Shown: positions 53,301 through 62,836 of the stretch, piece by piece
How the letters are laid out: every line of letters begins with the position of its first letter
Position numbering within the stretch: the first letter of the stretch is position 1
IMG/VR virus record: IMGVR_UViG_2602042090_000006
Coordinates: 1 to 64,000 of that record
Reading direction: 5' to 3' (one strand)
Origin: a virus
Lineage: Duplodnaviria; Caudoviricetes
Length of the DNA: 64,000 nucleotides
Program-made: the position numbers and the translations under genes
Notes under the pieces: model-generated
Databases searched by the model: none
What the model was told of the DNA's origin: nothing
Seen by the model: only the letters and a program-made list of their open reading frames with translations

Positions 53301-56088
53301 CATTCGATATCGCCAGATCAGCAATTTGCGTTCCAACGAGCTGGCCGGCGACCTTGGCAGCGGCGACGGCTGCGATCTGGGCATCCGTGAGCTGGCCTGT
53401 GATCTTCGAGGCCGCGAGGCTGGCGATGTTGGCCTCGGCGATAGCACCGTTGATGTCGGCCGCATCGACGGTCGAGATCCAGCTCGTGCCGGTGTAGCGG
53501 TAGACCTTGCCGTCCGTGGTGAGGAACGCCATGCGGCCTGCGGTGTTGCCCGTTGTCGGCAAAGCGGAGACGACTTCCACCGGGCGCAAGCCAGTGGCAA
53601 ATTTGGCCGCCGTCACGGCTGCATCGGCAAGCTTGCCGGCTGTGATGGCGGCGTCGCTGATTTGCGTGCCGACGATCGTGCCCGTCAGGTCCACCGTCGG
53701 CACAGATGCCGTGTAGGCAGAGCCGTTCCAACGGTAGAGCTTGCCGTTGACGGTGATGACATCCTGCGATTTCGTGGTCGGTACGACGGTGCCAGAGATG
53801 ACACCGACCGGCGCGATCCCGGAGGCAAACTTCGTTGCATCGACGGCCTGCGCCGCCAGCTTGTCGCGCTCGATCGCCGCGTCAGCGATCTTCGCGGCAA
53901 TGACCGCACCGTCCATGATCTTGCTGACAGAGACCGCAGCGTCAGCCAGCTTGGCCGTGATCACAGCGCGATCGGCCAGGATCTGTGCCGTGACGGCCGC
54001 TACCTCAAGCTTCGCAGTCGAGACGGCAGCATCTGCCAGCTTCAGACCAGTGACAGCCGCATCCATGATCTTGTTGGCCGAAACCGCAGCGTTGCCGATC
54101 TTGCTGGTGATGATGGCGCCGTCGAGGACGTCGGCCGACGAGAACCCGATATTCGCCGTCGTCAGCGAGATCCAGGCCGAGTCCTCCGTCTTGCGCGGCG
54201 AGTAAGGGACGAGCTTTCCCTGCACCTCGTATTCGGTCGCCGGCAAGAGCCACATGCCGCTCAAGGGCCATTCGCTCGATGTCGGCCCGTAGGGGAACTG
54301 GTCGCTTTCGAAGACGACGACACCCGTCGCCTTCAGGCGAACACGGACCAGGACGCGCGCAACATCGGCGAGGTTGGTGGCGCAGGACACGATGATGACC
54401 GGCCGGCGGCTCCGGCCGTCCGGGTCCGTCAGAACATCGGCGCGGGCACCCCAGCCGGTCATCGGCTGCTTTGGGACATCGATGCGGCCGATCCAGCCGC
54501 TCGACACGACCTCCTGCATGGTCCGCGCCCAATCGTAGTCGGTCGGGTCGATCTCCTGCAGGGTGACGATCTGGTTCATGCCCATCTGACCACGGCGTTC
54601 CGTGACGAGGAAGCGCTTGTTCACATAGCCATTGTGCGGTGACGTCCAGGAGACGACATCGATGCCGGCCTCGAGCACATAGGCCATTGGAGGCAGAGGG
54701 AGCTGGTGACGGCGGAAACGGCGCGCCTCGGCCAAGATGGCGCGCATCAGCTGCTGGACCTGCCGATCGTGCGACGTCGCTCCGAAAGAGATGTCGGCGA
54801 GATTGCGCTTGCCGTCCAGAGCTTCAAACGCGTCGTTGCGAACGACCGGCGCATCCTTGGCGACCCAAGCCTCTTCCGGGTTCGGATACTTGGCCGTCAC
54901 CCCGTTGATGGTGAGATCGACGGAGGGGAACGGATCGAAGCCGGCCGGCTCGGTGATCAGGGTGTCGGCGTCCGAGAACCCAAAGACAGCTCCGCCGAAG
55001 ATGCCGTTCTTCATCTTGAAGACGCCGCCCTGGTCGGTCAGCCGTCCGTTTTGCGCCTTGCGAAGCTCCTCGACGACAGTGAGCGGCACCATGTCGCCGG
55101 AGATCTCGTAACCGCCGCGCCACTGCGGCTCCGTCGTTTTGTCCGCCCGCTCGACCAAACGGCCGGCCTCCTGGCATGCAGCAATCCAGTTGGACGACGG
55201 CAGCCGGCGTGCGTTGACCTTTTGGCCGCCGTAGAACCATTCGCCCTTGTAGCGAAGGCCCCGCAGGACGTTGTAGGTCATCACGCCGAGGTTATAGGAG
55301 GGCTCGTGGGTGCTCGGATCATCCCATCGATGGGTGCCGTTGCCGCCGTTCGTGCTGTCCTTGCGTATGTCGTAGAGCGGGAGAGGCGTCGGCTCAAACA
55401 GAACCTTCGGCTGTCCTTTGAAATAGTCGCGCTCCCAGCGATAGGTCATAATGGCATAGGGGATGCCACGCCCGACCATGGTTGCATCCCAAGGCCGATC
55501 CTCGTCTTCGCCGAATGTCTCTACAAGGAAAGGGTCAGCGACCGTCTGCAAGCCGCTATAGAACTTCACCCAGCAGTAATCGTGAACGGTCCCTTCGGTG
55601 TCGCGGAATTCTTTGAGCGGATAGCCTCGCCCGAACACCGCGTCAGGCTCATTCCAAAGGATCGTGCACTTCTCGCCCTCGATCCAGATGCCATCGAGGC
55701 CGGGGAGCGGGAGGTTGCCCAGCTCAATGACTTCCGTGAAATACGTGTTTGGTGTGTCACCGTCGTAATTACCCCACGTGCCGTAGTACTTGCGCTTCCC
55801 GCGCGTGGCGAACTGACCGATCGTCGTCGAGACCGGCTTGTCATCGCCAACATCCGCCTGGATCTTGGCGCCCACTGGTGGCGGCGCATCCGGTGCGGTG
55901 GCCATCTGCCAAAGCGTCGTGGCGGCAGCCAGCGCCAGACTGACCACGGCATTGACGATACCGGAGCCACTGATGACGGCGCTGAAGACGCCGGCAATGG
56001 CACCGATCAGCGGACCAGCGGCTGCGGGGTCGGGCTGAAGCAGGAAAAACGTCAGGGCGGTTGTGGCGAGAGCGGCTTTCTTGAACAT
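47311..56088 (-). CDS. Giant tail tip/fibre protein (2925 aa, copy 2)
   Basis: Same architecture as 2400..11084 with different modules 2 and 4 and a different C-terminus. Confidence 0.87.
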   Translation of the reverse strand: MFKKAALATTALTFFLLQPDPAAAGPLIGAIAGVFSAVISGSGIVNAVVSLALAAATTLWQMATAPDAPPPVGAKIQADVGDDKPVSTTIGQFATRGKRKYYGTWGNYDGDTPNTYFTEVIELGNLPLPGLDGIWIEGEKCTILWNEPDAVFGRGYPLKEFRDTEGTVHDYCWVKFYSGLQTVADPFLVETFGEDEDRPWDATMVGRGIPYAIMTYRWERDYFKGQPKVLFEPTPLPLYDIRKDSTNGGNGTHRWDDPSTHEPSYNLGVMTYNVLRGLRYKGEWFYGGQKVNARRLPSSNWIAACQEAGRLVERADKTTEPQWRGGYEISGDMVPLTVVEELRKAQNGRLTDQGGVFKMKNGIFGGAVFGFSDADTLITEPAGFDPFPSVDLTINGVTAKYPNPEEAWVAKDAPVVRNDAFEALDGKRNLADISFGATSHDRQVQQLMRAILAEARRFRRHQLPLPPMAYVLEAGIDVVSWTSPHNGYVNKRFLVTERRGQMGMNQIVTLQEIDPTDYDWARTMQEVVSSGWIGRIDVPKQPMTGWGARADVLTDPDGRSRRPVIIVSCATNLADVARVLVRVRLKATGVVVFESDQFPYGPTSSEWPLSGMWLLPATEYEVQGKLVPYSPRKTEDSAWISLTTANIGFSSADVLDGAIITSKIGNAAVSANKIMDAAVTGLKLADAAVSTAKLEVAAVTAQILADRAVITAKLADAAVSVSKIMDGAVIAAKIADAAIERDKLAAQAVDATKFASGIAPVGVISGTVVPTTKSQDVITVNGKLYRWNGSAYTASVPTVDLTGTIVGTQISDAAITAGKLADAAVTAAKFATGLRPVEVVSALPTTGNTAGRMAFLTTDGKVYRYTGTSWISTVDAADINGAIAEANIASLAASKITGQLTDAQIAAVAAAKVAGQLVGTQIADLAISNAKLAALAVDATKLADGSVIAGKIADAAVTTAKFAAGLRPIEIVSSLPTTGNTEGRIVFLTTDDKIYRFNGTAFVSTLAAGDITGTLLDAQLAALSASKVTGQLTDTQIAAVGAAKVTGTLVSSQIADAAITAAKFGTGLKPVETVASLPTSGNAAGRVVFLSTDSKIYRFDGAAWTSSVAAPDIGGTIADTQIAAIAAGKVTGQLTDAQIAAVAAAKVSGQLVGTQIADLAITNAKLAALAVDAAKLASNAVTNTKIADDAISTPKLQASAIVADKIAVNAITASKMSIAANAVGASLILDRFYGDPGYWSPNAPYVTFVSSTDAQVAAMRVSGAMKFNAALAAANAGPRIHGWIARGFPLTPDTWYRASAIVKNVGCNKNFNALVINDMSISASDGGVIASATDTGYQAAAGKTIEWRFKTDSSRTQTATPVPYMDTGTDAVGYWLISDIQLVEMAEASLIVDGAIVARHVSAAAITANAIAANAVTADAIAANAITAVKIAAGAIETAKLAAGAVTAGTIGANAVIAGKIATNAVTAGTISAGAVTAGTVAANAITAGTIAASAVSAANLAAGIITAEKLAVGKGVNWVSNSNAQADLTNWGIKFRSGGTWDFGKANNNYSPIDGCFYVLQSGARLDGAFVDVNPRSPFDNNYAMRWPVAQLSWLEASVYVFGHRSNGVQLYIECFNNGGNSLGFIMDAKPTNQNSDPGSQLSAYQRVWAKGQAPAGTTHVEIFLRCFGHSAANGTDSYTWFSRFYVGEATQYQSEPTPWSEGSITLITEGNIVTNAITANKIAAGAIVAGKIAANAVTANEIAANAITAAKIASGAIETAKLAAGAVTAGTIASGAITTAKLDALAVTADKLAVNSVVAGKIAAGVISATEIASGAITTAKLAASAVTANELAANAVVAGKIAADAIVANNIAANAISAKQLILTDFENFIPDGQFEQGALTSVWDANYPMYNGSGAGGANIWLWVGDAQTGRWSLVLENGTNGGSGGTISMNMVTKDFIPVTSGDWLAWDVSVRTTDGSSGFGFYYRILWFDRNKTALASPQYTDVQGNASIPAAWDKRSGKTQVPGSATYCKVQIYHHSPSTTRYLIIDRISLRKAEGAELVVDGSISTIHLAADSITTAKIAANAVTASEIAANAVTAGKISAGAVEAASIASGAVVAGKIAANAVTAGTVAANAITAGTIAANAVTTGTIAAGAVTAGQIAAGAVIADKIAAGSIYADKLAVGKGTNWIPNSNAQADITNWRIYASSANWSFLKRNDNFTPIDGAFQVLQEGAQNNGQFADLSPRNPADNNIPMRWPVAQGSWLEASVYVYGHRSDYARLHIEYVNNGGVTIGYTFADKPTHQNGDPGSQLASYERIWVKGQAPAGTTHVQLFLRCMGHSAAWGTNSYTWASKFYLGEATANQLEASPWSEGGTTVISEGNIVTNAITANKIAANAITAGKIAANAVTAGTIAANAVTAGTIAANAVTAATIAAGAVSTNQLAANAITAAKIAGGTITGDKIAVRTISADSFIAATITGYEINARTIGAGHIAVGTISATEIASNAITADKIQAFAISSDKIGANAVVAGKIAANAITADNIQAGVITGSKLQANTLGAREIAAGSITAKQLVISDFNNLVPDNQMTTTDAWVGTIPGWVVWGDHGLFQSYNGMAFTAGPWGSGGYTNCQSRSFPVKGGTAYRFTGAIYSNNNFNAMIRVLWLNASGNIASYVDYINTGNRGSGGTGTLAVNLVSPGEAASAVIELFVQRDTTGGNVYFGAVGCFERNGGDLIVDGALTAGMIAANAVTADKIAANAVTAEKISVANLSALNIKVTNIDITDATLNGEKLVNGAISNVYYNTSGGSVAKSATTTVLTRTLTLAPEERLVINAFWNLRGSMTGVNAEVFYAGDVQLKINSTVLDTIKVTGPAIDTYGCSSQSISGSFTNGGSAQNVTITLVFVMGSGGAMRTNNKDMGYFGSSAGMTNDGTSWTITRLKK

Positions 56089-56513
56089 CAGCCCACCCTG
56101 AAGGCGCGAACCGCCTTCTCGCGATCGACGCTAGCAAGGCCCGCCTCGCCCATCACCCAGATCCGATCGAAGTCGAACACGCCGAGCACGTGGCGGAACT
56201 GCGTATCCGTCGGAATAGCGGCGATATCGCCTGTCTGCGCATCAACCGGATGGTCATGTTCGGGAAGCAACGACGCGGCGAAGTCGGCCAGATCCTCAAA
56301 GCCGGCCGCGCGCATCAGACGATAGGCCGACACGGCATCGTTATAGTCGCCCTGATCGGGCACGGGCAGCTCGGCGCCGGTGATGGCGATCACGGATGCA
56401 ATGGCAAGCTGTCCGCAATCGTTCTGCGCCCAGGCGAACGGCTTCCGGCGGATGTCGTCGAAGACATCGCAGAAGGGTCCGATCCAGAGTTCGCGGCGCT
56501 TCAGCTCAATCAT
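56088..56513 (-). CDS. Tail tip protein, NlpC/P60-like (copy 2)
   Basis: Paralogue of 11084..11509. Confidence 0.75.
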   Translation of the reverse strand: MIELKRRELWIGPFCDVFDDIRRKPFAWAQNDCGQLAIASVIAITGAELPVPDQGDYNDAVSAYRLMRAAGFEDLADFAASLLPEHDHPVDAQTGDIAAIPTDTQFRHVLGVFDFDRIWVMGEAGLASVDREKAVRAFRVG

Positions 56514-57160
56514 TCTTCGCCCCAGGGTTCGATCCAGTTGGCAACGGAGCCGGCATATTTTCCGAAGTTATCGACCTCGCCGTTCGGGCCCTTCCGCTTC
56601 TTCTGCTCTTCGGCGCTGGACTTGGCTGGGTTCGGCCGGGTCAGGTTGACCATGGCGTCGTTGACGAGGCGGATCTCCAGCACTTCGCCGCCGCCGTCTT
56701 CAGCGGCCGTCTGCACGCTCGCGCCGTCAATGACGCCGAGGTAATCGTTCTCGGGCATCGAGGAGAGCTGGCGCGTCGTCGGATCGAGAAGGCCAATCCA
56801 GATTTCGAGCGAGCCCGCGCGGCAATCAAGGCCACGCGACATGTCCTCGACGGCCGGGTTGAGCATCGTCATGGAGACCGTGCGGGTGTTGACCTCAAGC
56901 GTCGAGGTGCTGACGCTCTCGCCCGTGTCGAGGTCAACCTGCCCTTGGAAGGTACGGGCATAGACCTCACCGTCGATCAGCGATCGAACCTCAACTGTCA
57001 CCGGCCGATCACCGGACCAAAAGGACTTCGTCTCCAGCGAGGTATTGCCGTTCGCGTCGGGGTAGGTGCGCGCGATCACGGATACGAACCAGCGCGGCAC
57101 GATGCCGTCCTGGGGCGCGTTTTGCAGCAAAGCAAAGAAGGCGGGATCGACTGTCTTCAT
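56510..57160 (-). CDS. Minor tail (hub-like) protein (copy 2)
   Basis: Paralogue of 11506..12156. Confidence 0.72.
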   Translation of the reverse strand: MKTVDPAFFALLQNAPQDGIVPRWFVSVIARTYPDANGNTSLETKSFWSGDRPVTVEVRSLIDGEVYARTFQGQVDLDTGESVSTSTLEVNTRTVSMTMLNPAVEDMSRGLDCRAGSLEIWIGLLDPTTRQLSSMPENDYLGVIDGASVQTAAEDGGGEVLEIRLVNDAMVNLTRPNPAKSSAEEQKKRKGPNGEVDNFGKYAGSVANWIEPWGEE

Positions 57161-57810
57161 GGCTTTTCGATCGCTGTGAAACCGGCGCCCTCTGTCAGGT
57201 GACGGCGCGCGCGGCCCGGCATGTGGCTGTCCGGCATGATGACCATGCGGCAGGCCGGCCGGGCGAAGATCGTGGTGGCGTTGACAGCCAGGCCGTCCGG
57301 CACATTCGGGAAGATGCTCAGTGCCGGCGTCACCCCGTTGCTGCCTGCAACACCGCGCTCAGATATCTCGAGGAAGGCGTATTGAACGGGATTGCTGCCC
57401 CACGACACCTGAAACTTGTCGGCGATCGTAAGGACGTAGCCGGCCGGAAAACCCTTGAAGCTCATCGAGCGGCGGTCCGTCCCGATCGTGTTGATCTGAA
57501 TAAGGCGGCTGCCGAGGATCGTCCCGCGCGGGTCCGTGGCCGGATAAGGCGACAGCGGGTCGAACAGCCAGAAGGCCTCCTGGGCACCGCGAAGGGCGCG
57601 GATCAGGGCGGCGTACTGTTTCATCTCGGCACTCGAGCGGCGATCGAGTTCCACCACGGCGCGCCAAAGCGGGTCGGCCATCTCGGTCTGCCAGATGCGA
57701 CCGCTGCCCTGTCCGGACAGGCTGTCACGACGCTTGATGCCCCACTCGACGCTGGAGATAGGAAGCCGATCGGCGAATGTCGGAAGGCTGTAGGGGAAGC
57801 TGAGGGTCAT
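57157..57810 (-). CDS. Distal tail protein (copy 2)
   Basis: Paralogue of 12153..12806. Confidence 0.72.
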   Translation of the reverse strand: MTLSFPYSLPTFADRLPISSVEWGIKRRDSLSGQGSGRIWQTEMADPLWRAVVELDRRSSAEMKQYAALIRALRGAQEAFWLFDPLSPYPATDPRGTILGSRLIQINTIGTDRRSMSFKGFPAGYVLTIADKFQVSWGSNPVQYAFLEISERGVAGSNGVTPALSIFPNVPDGLAVNATTIFARPACRMVIMPDSHMPGRARRHLTEGAGFTAIEKP

Positions 57811-60800
57811 TGGCCCCTCACATACGGGCGCTTCTTGATCTGATCGAAGCGGGCCGGCAGGTTCTTGTCGTAGGCGCGAAGGCCCTTGGCGACACCCCGA
57901 TCAACGGCGTCCTCGATGTCGCGATCGCCGCGCGGGTTATCGACGTAGACGTTGATTTCAGACTTGCCGGCACGCACCGGGTCGTTGGCAGCCGACGCCA
58001 TCCTGCTCTGGCCCTGTGAGGGGTAAACAGAAGCCGGCGCGCCGATCTTGGCGACAAAGCCTCCCTTGTCATAGCCGCGTCCGGAGTTCAGACCTTCGAG
58101 CATACGGCGAACGCCGGGCTGTGCGACGACGCTGGCCTTGACGACGTATTCTTGCCCATGGACGAAACCGGCAATATCGCCCCGTCCGCCGTTCCCGGTG
58201 TAGCCGCCGACGTCGTACAGACCCTTGCCCGGATTGTTGACGGCGAACGTGGACTGCGCGCCGTTCGGCACGAAGGTCGGGAGAAAGGCTGTCAGCAGCG
58301 AGCCGAGAATTCCGCCGCCGCCAGACGATGGTGCGGCCGGGAAGAAATTGGCCATGTTCTGACCGACCTGTCCGAGACCGCTCCCGAACGTGCCGAGCCC
58401 TTCCGTAGCAACCGATGCCGTGCTCGAAAGATTTCCGACCGTCTTGCTTGCGGACTGGCCCGTCGTCGCCAGCTTTTCCAGCGCCTTGGACGCCGTATCG
58501 GCGCCTTCATTATTCTTCCCGATGCCGTCCCAATTGCCGATACCGACGCGCTTCGCGCCATACCAAGCGCCCCAGCCGTTCTGTGATGCCTGCTGGAGAG
58601 CAAACTTGGTTGCCTCGGGGCCGTTTGCCGCCAGCGCCGGGTCCAGACCGGTCTGCTTCTGGAAGACATTCCCCAGACCGCCGCCCTTGTAGAGCTGAAA
58701 CGGTCCGTAGGATTGTTCACGGATACCGTTCTTCACGTAGCCAGACTGCAGGTTCCAACTGCTCAAGCCGCCTTCGGATTGAGCAACCCTCACCGCAGTG
58801 TCGGCATTGATGTTGTATTTCGGTGCCCAGGTGCGGATGAAGGATTCGACATCCGTTACGGCGCCCAGCGGTTCGCGTGTGACAGGGATCAGCGGAGCGG
58901 CGTAGGACTGAAAGCCGCTTGCTGTCGGTGTGTTCTGGTTGGCCGCGACCGGCGCACCTTTCAGGAAACGGCCGAGCACATCCGACAGCTCCGGACGATC
59001 GCCGCCCAGAAGCATGTTTTTGATCGAGTTCGAGCCCAGCTCCTGGAAGAACTTGCCGACATCACCGAGAAGGCCGTTCAACGCACCTTTGAAGTCGCCT
59101 TTAAGAAGCGAGCCGAGGACGTTGTCGATCGCGGTTTCGCCGGCGGACTGGAACATCTGCCATGCCGCCGTGGCCTTCTCGACCTCCGCTGTCTGGTTGG
59201 CGATCTCCCGCGCGTTGCGCCGGATCTGCTCGGCCTCGGCCGACAGAGCCGAATAGCCGCGCGCCCGGATCATCTGCTCGGCTTCGAGAACCGCCAAAGC
59301 CTTTTCGCGTTCGGCCGTGCTGGCGCCGACCAGCGTCTTCTCAAGGCGCAAGCGCTCCAGATCGTCATCCTGCCCCTTGATGACGTCGATCGCGCCGGCG
59401 CGGCGTTGCTCAAGCTCGCTGGCAGCTGCCGCATCCTTCGCAGCCGCCAGCGCCTCGGCCAGCTTCCTCTGTTCCTCGCCCTGGGCAGCGGCCGCAGCGG
59501 CGGCAAGCGGGCGGAGTTGGATTTCCGTGCGCAGAAGAGCCTCGGCTTGGCTCGCCGTGATATTGCCGGCCGCGACCTGATCGTTAAGGCGGCGCCGTGC
59601 TTCGACCTCCTCGACCAGCTCGGCCGACTGAAGGCGGGAGGCGGCGAGCGTCTCTTGGATGACGCGGTTGCGTGCAGCGGCAATGCGGGACGATGCCTCG
59701 GCCGTGGTGATTTCCTCACCGGCCAGCTGCAGGCGCTCCCGATCAGCCATCAAGCCTGCGAGCACCACAGGGTTTCGTTCCGTCTGGATGCGGATGTCGA
59801 GTGCCGCGAGTTGGTTGGCGCGCTCCTGCGCCGGGATCAGGGTTTCGAGCGCGCGCTTCTTGGCGTCGATCGTGGCCGTTATGTCAGCGCGTTGGCTGTC
59901 GAGAAGACCAGGTGCGTCAAGGCCGCTTTGGGCCTTGATGAGGCTGTCCTCAAGATCGCGGCGGGCACGCGCTGCCGCCGTTGCCGGGCTGGCGTTGGCG
60001 GTGTCGAGTGCGCCTCGAGCCGCGGCACGGCGCTTTTCCTGTTCGCGATCGCGCGCCTCGTTGCCGCGCCGCTCCATGTCTTCCTGCCGGAGACGTTCGA
60101 GTTCGGTACGCGCCGTTTCTACGTCGCTGTCGAAAAAGCCGTCGCCGAGTATGCTGCCCTTACTCTTGGCCTGAGATCGCCTCGCCGCATCATATCTTTC
60201 GGTCGCTTCAGCCAGAGCGTCGGCCGGAGACGGGCCGTTGAAAGACCGATCGATGGATTTCCCCATCCAGTCGTAAGCATCACTCGCAGCCTTGGCGACA
60301 CTGTTCCAAGCACGACCAAGCGCCGTGGTCGCTTCGCTGGCGTTGGCCAGCCGGCCCGGAAGAGCAGCCAGCAAGACCTGCTGCGCTTCAGTGAGCCGGT
60401 TCTGTGCCGTCAGGCGGCGCGCATACTCGGCGGTCGCCGCATCGACCAGCCCATATTGGCGGTAGAGGGTGTCGATCGCCTTGGACGGATCGGCGAACAT
60501 CTCGGCCAGTGCCGCGCCCGCCTCGTCGGCCGACACGCCGATCGTCGCGCCGAAATTCTTGCTGATGGCGATCAGCTGCTCGAAGTTCTCCGAGGCGATC
60601 CGGCCGGTCCGCAGGAACTGCGCTTCCATCGTACGGGCCGACGCGACGGAGATCCCGGCCGCCGCTGCGCCGTTCTGAGCCGCCGCCTCCATGCTCGCGG
60701 CACTGCCGGCAGTCGCGCGACCAATCCCGGACGCTGCGGTCTCGACTTCCTTGATGGAGCCGAGATAGTCGTTCCAGGCCATGGCGCCGAGGACGACGGC

Positions 60801-61961
60801 CGCTGTCGTGCCGGCAATACCGACCCGCAGCGGCGTGATCGCGGCCATGGCTGCCTTGGCGGCATTTCCCATGCTGCCGTAGATCTGCATGGCCTGCGGA
60901 CCCTGCTGCAGAATGACCTGGGTGATGGGCATGCCCAGCGCCAGCGACTGGACGGTGTCCACGCCTTGCGTGAAGAGGTTTGCCTGTTGGTCCGGACGCA
61001 GGCCCTTGCTACCCGTGATGCCCTTGCGCGACTGGATCAGCCCGAGCGTCGCCTGACGCTCACGGCTGATCGCCGCCGTCATCTCGTCGTGCGAGATCGC
61101 GCCGACCCTGTTGGCCTGACGGATGTCCTCGATTGTCTTGCGATAGGCCGTGAGAGCCGCATAGCGCGGATTGTAGGCCTGCCGCAGCCGATCGCGTTCG
61201 TCCATGAAGGCGGTGATGTCAGCGCTGCGGTCCGGCTGGATCATCTGCGACTGGACGATGGACTGTGCAGACTGCTTACGCCGGGCAGCGAGGCGCTCGG
61301 CCGCACCGGCCTGCTCTTCCATAGCCCGTGTTTCGCGGATCCTCGCATCAATGGCGGTGGACGCCGAGATCGCACCGACGCGCTCGGCCTCGTTGATATC
61401 GAGGAGCGCCTTGCGATGGCGTTCCATCAAGGCGAACATCGGATCGAACCGCGCCTGCAGGCGGTCCATCTCCTTCAGGTACGCCTCGATATCGGCGCCA
61501 CGGTTCGGCGTGATCGTCCTCGCTTCAACGATCGATTGCGCCTGCTGCTTCTGGCGTGCCGCAAGCCGCTCGGCGGCACCCGCCTGTTCCTGCATCGCGC
61601 GCGTCTCGCGGATCCGCGCCTCGATCGCGGTTGAGGCCGAGATTGCGCCGACCTTCTCGGCATTGGCGATATCGGTCAACGCCTGCCGATGGCGCTGCAT
61701 GACCGCGAACATCGGATCGAAGCGCGCCTGCAGGCGGTCCATCTCGCGGCCATAGGCGGAGAGATCGTCCAAGCGGGTCGTGTTGTTGTTGGCAGCTTCC
61801 TTGAGCTTGCCGAGCGCCGTCGTGACAGCCTGGACCTTCGGCGCGACCGCCTCCGCCTGCTTACCGATGGCCGCGACGGCATTGCGCGCCTCCGTGCCGC
61901 CGGTCTTGGCGCCGGACGGATCGACGGTGACGCCGATCGCGATGCGATAGGCGGCCGTCAT
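57807..61961 (-). CDS. Tail tape measure protein (copy 2) with a different transglycosylase-like domain
   Basis: Paralogue of 12803..16966; VAQSEGG...SYGPFQL...GWGAW domain. Confidence 0.92.
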   Translation of the reverse strand: MTAAYRIAIGVTVDPSGAKTGGTEARNAVAAIGKQAEAVAPKVQAVTTALGKLKEAANNNTTRLDDLSAYGREMDRLQARFDPMFAVMQRHRQALTDIANAEKVGAISASTAIEARIRETRAMQEQAGAAERLAARQKQQAQSIVEARTITPNRGADIEAYLKEMDRLQARFDPMFALMERHRKALLDINEAERVGAISASTAIDARIRETRAMEEQAGAAERLAARRKQSAQSIVQSQMIQPDRSADITAFMDERDRLRQAYNPRYAALTAYRKTIEDIRQANRVGAISHDEMTAAISRERQATLGLIQSRKGITGSKGLRPDQQANLFTQGVDTVQSLALGMPITQVILQQGPQAMQIYGSMGNAAKAAMAAITPLRVGIAGTTAAVVLGAMAWNDYLGSIKEVETAASGIGRATAGSAASMEAAAQNGAAAAGISVASARTMEAQFLRTGRIASENFEQLIAISKNFGATIGVSADEAGAALAEMFADPSKAIDTLYRQYGLVDAATAEYARRLTAQNRLTEAQQVLLAALPGRLANASEATTALGRAWNSVAKAASDAYDWMGKSIDRSFNGPSPADALAEATERYDAARRSQAKSKGSILGDGFFDSDVETARTELERLRQEDMERRGNEARDREQEKRRAAARGALDTANASPATAAARARRDLEDSLIKAQSGLDAPGLLDSQRADITATIDAKKRALETLIPAQERANQLAALDIRIQTERNPVVLAGLMADRERLQLAGEEITTAEASSRIAAARNRVIQETLAASRLQSAELVEEVEARRRLNDQVAAGNITASQAEALLRTEIQLRPLAAAAAAAQGEEQRKLAEALAAAKDAAAASELEQRRAGAIDVIKGQDDDLERLRLEKTLVGASTAEREKALAVLEAEQMIRARGYSALSAEAEQIRRNAREIANQTAEVEKATAAWQMFQSAGETAIDNVLGSLLKGDFKGALNGLLGDVGKFFQELGSNSIKNMLLGGDRPELSDVLGRFLKGAPVAANQNTPTASGFQSYAAPLIPVTREPLGAVTDVESFIRTWAPKYNINADTAVRVAQSEGGLSSWNLQSGYVKNGIREQSYGPFQLYKGGGLGNVFQKQTGLDPALAANGPEATKFALQQASQNGWGAWYGAKRVGIGNWDGIGKNNEGADTASKALEKLATTGQSASKTVGNLSSTASVATEGLGTFGSGLGQVGQNMANFFPAAPSSGGGGILGSLLTAFLPTFVPNGAQSTFAVNNPGKGLYDVGGYTGNGGRGDIAGFVHGQEYVVKASVVAQPGVRRMLEGLNSGRGYDKGGFVAKIGAPASVYPSQGQSRMASAANDPVRAGKSEINVYVDNPRGDRDIEDAVDRGVAKGLRAYDKNLPARFDQIKKRPYVRGQ

Positions 61962-62251
61962 TCCTCGTCCTCCTCGGCGGAGGCCGGGTCGCCGTCGTTG
62001 AAGAGCGGCAGGACGGCGTCCTCGATGACGCGAAGATCCCGGAACACGTCGGGCTCATAGCCCTCGGCATCGAGCACGATCTTGCAGGCGGCATAGTCGA
62101 GGCCAATGAACAAGACGCCGTTCTTGTTCGACGCCGCTCTCCACTGCGTCGAGCACGCGATGAAACCGGAAAGACTGGCGGCGTTCTGGATCACGAGGGC
62201 AATCTCATCGTCGTCGGGTTCAGCATCGTCATCGTCCATGACGAACGTCAC
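61958..62251 (-). CDS. DUF1799-like chaperone extension (copy 2)
   Basis: Paralogue; slippery site at 62359..62365. Confidence 0.8.
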   Translation of the reverse strand: MTFVMDDDDAEPDDDEIALVIQNAASLSGFIACSTQWRAASNKNGVLFIGLDYAACKIVLDAEGYEPDVFRDLRVIEDAVLPLFNDGDPASAEEDEE

Positions 62252-62355
62252 GCCGAGCTTCTGGGACTGCTGGCGGAGATCGTCATCGATGATGGTGGCA
62301 CGGGAGGGATCGACGCGACCGAGGCGGACGTATGTCCACGCGACGGCCGCGTCCG

Positions 62356-62769
62356 TCAGTTTTTTAGGCGGGCCTTGTCGAGCGTGACGGCGTCCTGGTA
62401 GGCCTTCACGATCGCCACCCTGACCCGCTCATGTGCCCAGACGGCCGTAAAGGTCTCGGCGGAGAAATTCAGCGGGTTTCCCATCTCGTCAGCGATCTTG
62501 CGCCAGTCGCGGACCAGCCGGCGTGCTGCCGCTTCGTCGTGTTCAGCAACACGGGCCATGATCTCGACCATCTCGGCGTCTGTGGTTTCGGAGTTGATCT
62601 CCGAAAGGATCGCTGCACGTTCCCGGGCCGAGTCCCGGTTGATCTCTTCGGGCAGTAGCTCGAACTGGATCTCGAACGTGTGCTCGACCGTTTTCCCCAT
62701 CCGGTTCGGGTCGGGTTCCGTGACCTTCACCGGCCACCAGAAGGCGAGGTTTTCGACGAGCTTGAACAT
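62356..62769 (-). CDS. Tail assembly chaperone (copy 2)
   Basis: Paralogue of 17361..17774. Confidence 0.85.
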   Translation of the reverse strand: MFKLVENLAFWWPVKVTEPDPNRMGKTVEHTFEIQFELLPEEINRDSARERAAILSEINSETTDAEMVEIMARVAEHDEAAARRLVRDWRKIADEMGNPLNFSAETFTAVWAHERVRVAIVKAYQDAVTLDKARLKN

Positions 62770-62836
62770 GCGGGCGTCTTTCTGAACGTTGCCCCGAAAG
62801 GGCTTTGAAACAAGTTTGAAGGCGGGCTGCTGGCCG

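Noticed and set aside
58713-61634. Long plus-strand ORFs (973 aa here; also 23863..26112, 3318..5015, 6186..7934)
   Set aside because: Antisense shadows of high-GC minus-strand genes with no recognisable motifs
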